A DNA stretch of 64,000 bases from Eubacteriales bacterium (GTDB lineage: Bacteria; Bacillota; Clostridia; Oscillospirales; CAG-272), in contig JAZLLY010000016.1 in NCBI GenBank assembly GCA_045598385.1, positions 210,000 to 273,999 on the forward strand. Reading direction: 5' to 3'. How positions within the stretch are numbered: the first letter of the stretch is position 1; each line of letters opens with the position of its first letter. The position numbers and the translations under genes were made by a program. Under the pieces are notes generated by a model that ran no database searches, had not been told where the DNA came from, and saw only the letters and a program-made list of their open reading frames with translations. This document shows, in pieces, positions 63,398-64,000 of the stretch.

Positions 63398-64000
63398 ATG
63401 GAAAACGCCATCAGAACCCTCGCGGCATATATCGAAGAATCGGAAAACATCATTTTTTTCGGAGGTGCCGGCGTTTCCACCGAGAGCGGCGTGCCCGATT
63501 TCCGGAGCAAAGACGGACTTTACAACCGGAAAAACGTCGGGTTTGAGGGATACACGCCGGAATATCTGCTCAGCCATACCTGTCTTGCCGAAGAGCCGGA
63601 GGTGTTTTTCGAGTTTTACCGTCAGAAAATGGACACGCGGAACGTCGAGCCGAACGCCGCGCACCGTTTTCTCGCGGAACTGGAACGCCGGGGAAAACTG
63701 AAAGCCGTCGTGACGCAGAATATCGACGGTCTGCATCAGCGCGCCGGAAGCAAAACGGTTTACGAGATCCACGGCACGACGATGCGCAACTACTGCTCCG
63801 CGTGCGGAAAATCCTATCCCGGCGACTTTATTTTCACGTCGGACGAGAGCGTTCCGCGATGCGCCTGCGGCGGTGTCGTGCGCTGTGACGTGACACTCTA
63901 CGAAGAGCAACTGCCGGCGGCGGCAGTCGAGGGAGCGATCAGAGCGATCCGCAGCGCTGATATGCTGATCATCGGCGGCACTTCCCTGACCGTTTACCCC
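63398..64000 (+). CDS. cobB: NAD-dependent protein deacylase (Sir2/CobB family), 3' end outside the window
   Basis: Not in the ORF track because there is no stop in the window. Translation gives GGAGVSTESGVPDFRS, TQNIDGLH, and the zinc Cys pairs CSACG / CACGG. Confidence 0.9.
   Translation, partial: MENAIRTLAAYIEESENIIFFGGAGVSTESGVPDFRSKDGLYNRKNVGFEGYTPEYLLSHTCLAEEPEVFFEFYRQKMDTRNVEPNAAHRFLAELERRGKLKAVVTQNIDGLHQRAGSKTVYEIHGTTMRNYCSACGKSYPGDFIFTSDESVPRCACGGVVRCDVTLYEEQLPAAAVEGAIRAIRSADMLIIGGTSLTVYP

Noticed and set aside
1-64000. Transposases, integrases, prophage genes or toxin-antitoxin pairs that could explain the cassettes.
   Set aside because: No ORF in the six-frame track shows DDE, tyrosine/serine recombinase, or phage structural motifs. 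The cassette mobility signals are limited to direct and inverted repeats.

Overview
High-GC, Clostridia-like chromosomal segment from a probable spore former (cotJABC and yaaT/ricT are present). Taxonomy is inferred from gene content only. Most of the window is housekeeping: tatD, metG, holB, rsmI, cysE, thrB/thrC, hom/ask/asd, tyrS, nfnAB-like, rqcH, cca, tsf, rpsB, queT, lexA and a sirtuin. There are three tRNAs: Leu-GAG, Trp-CCA and Lys-UUU. Three very large surface lipoprotein genes sit among these: Ig-like repeats at 21968-26107, BspA-type LRR at 38479-41487, and novel Cys/His-rich repeats at 51515-56404. The main result concerns the LRR and Cys/His genes. Each is preceded by a ~170-bp element made of perfect 17-20 bp inverted repeats around a near-consensus extended -10 promoter, with a terminator on the distal side. 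The promoter at 41.5 kb faces its gene (ON). The promoter at 56.5 kb faces away from its gene (OFF). The two elements have related repeat sequences and nearly identical geometry, so they look like a small family of invertible phase-variation switches. No recombinase gene is visible in the window. Both cassettes are bracketed by direct repeats: a 167-bp duplication of a host gene 3' end around one, and matching hairpin-array units around the other. This suggests modular acquisition. Other unusual structure: (1) intergenic arrays in which a conserved heptamer (CATAACT, ATGATAT, ATGATG/CATCAT or ATGGAATC) alternates with variable but always self-complementary short hairpins; (2) an AT-rich four-helix-bundle gene embedded in such arrays next to a tRNA-Leu with partial 3'-end duplications; (3) a 213-bp tandem duplication; (4) a fusion of a YwaF-like membrane domain to an ABC ATPase; (5) an orphan DUF4011-type helicase-nuclease. 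All protein calls come from reading motifs by eye. No database search was possible.
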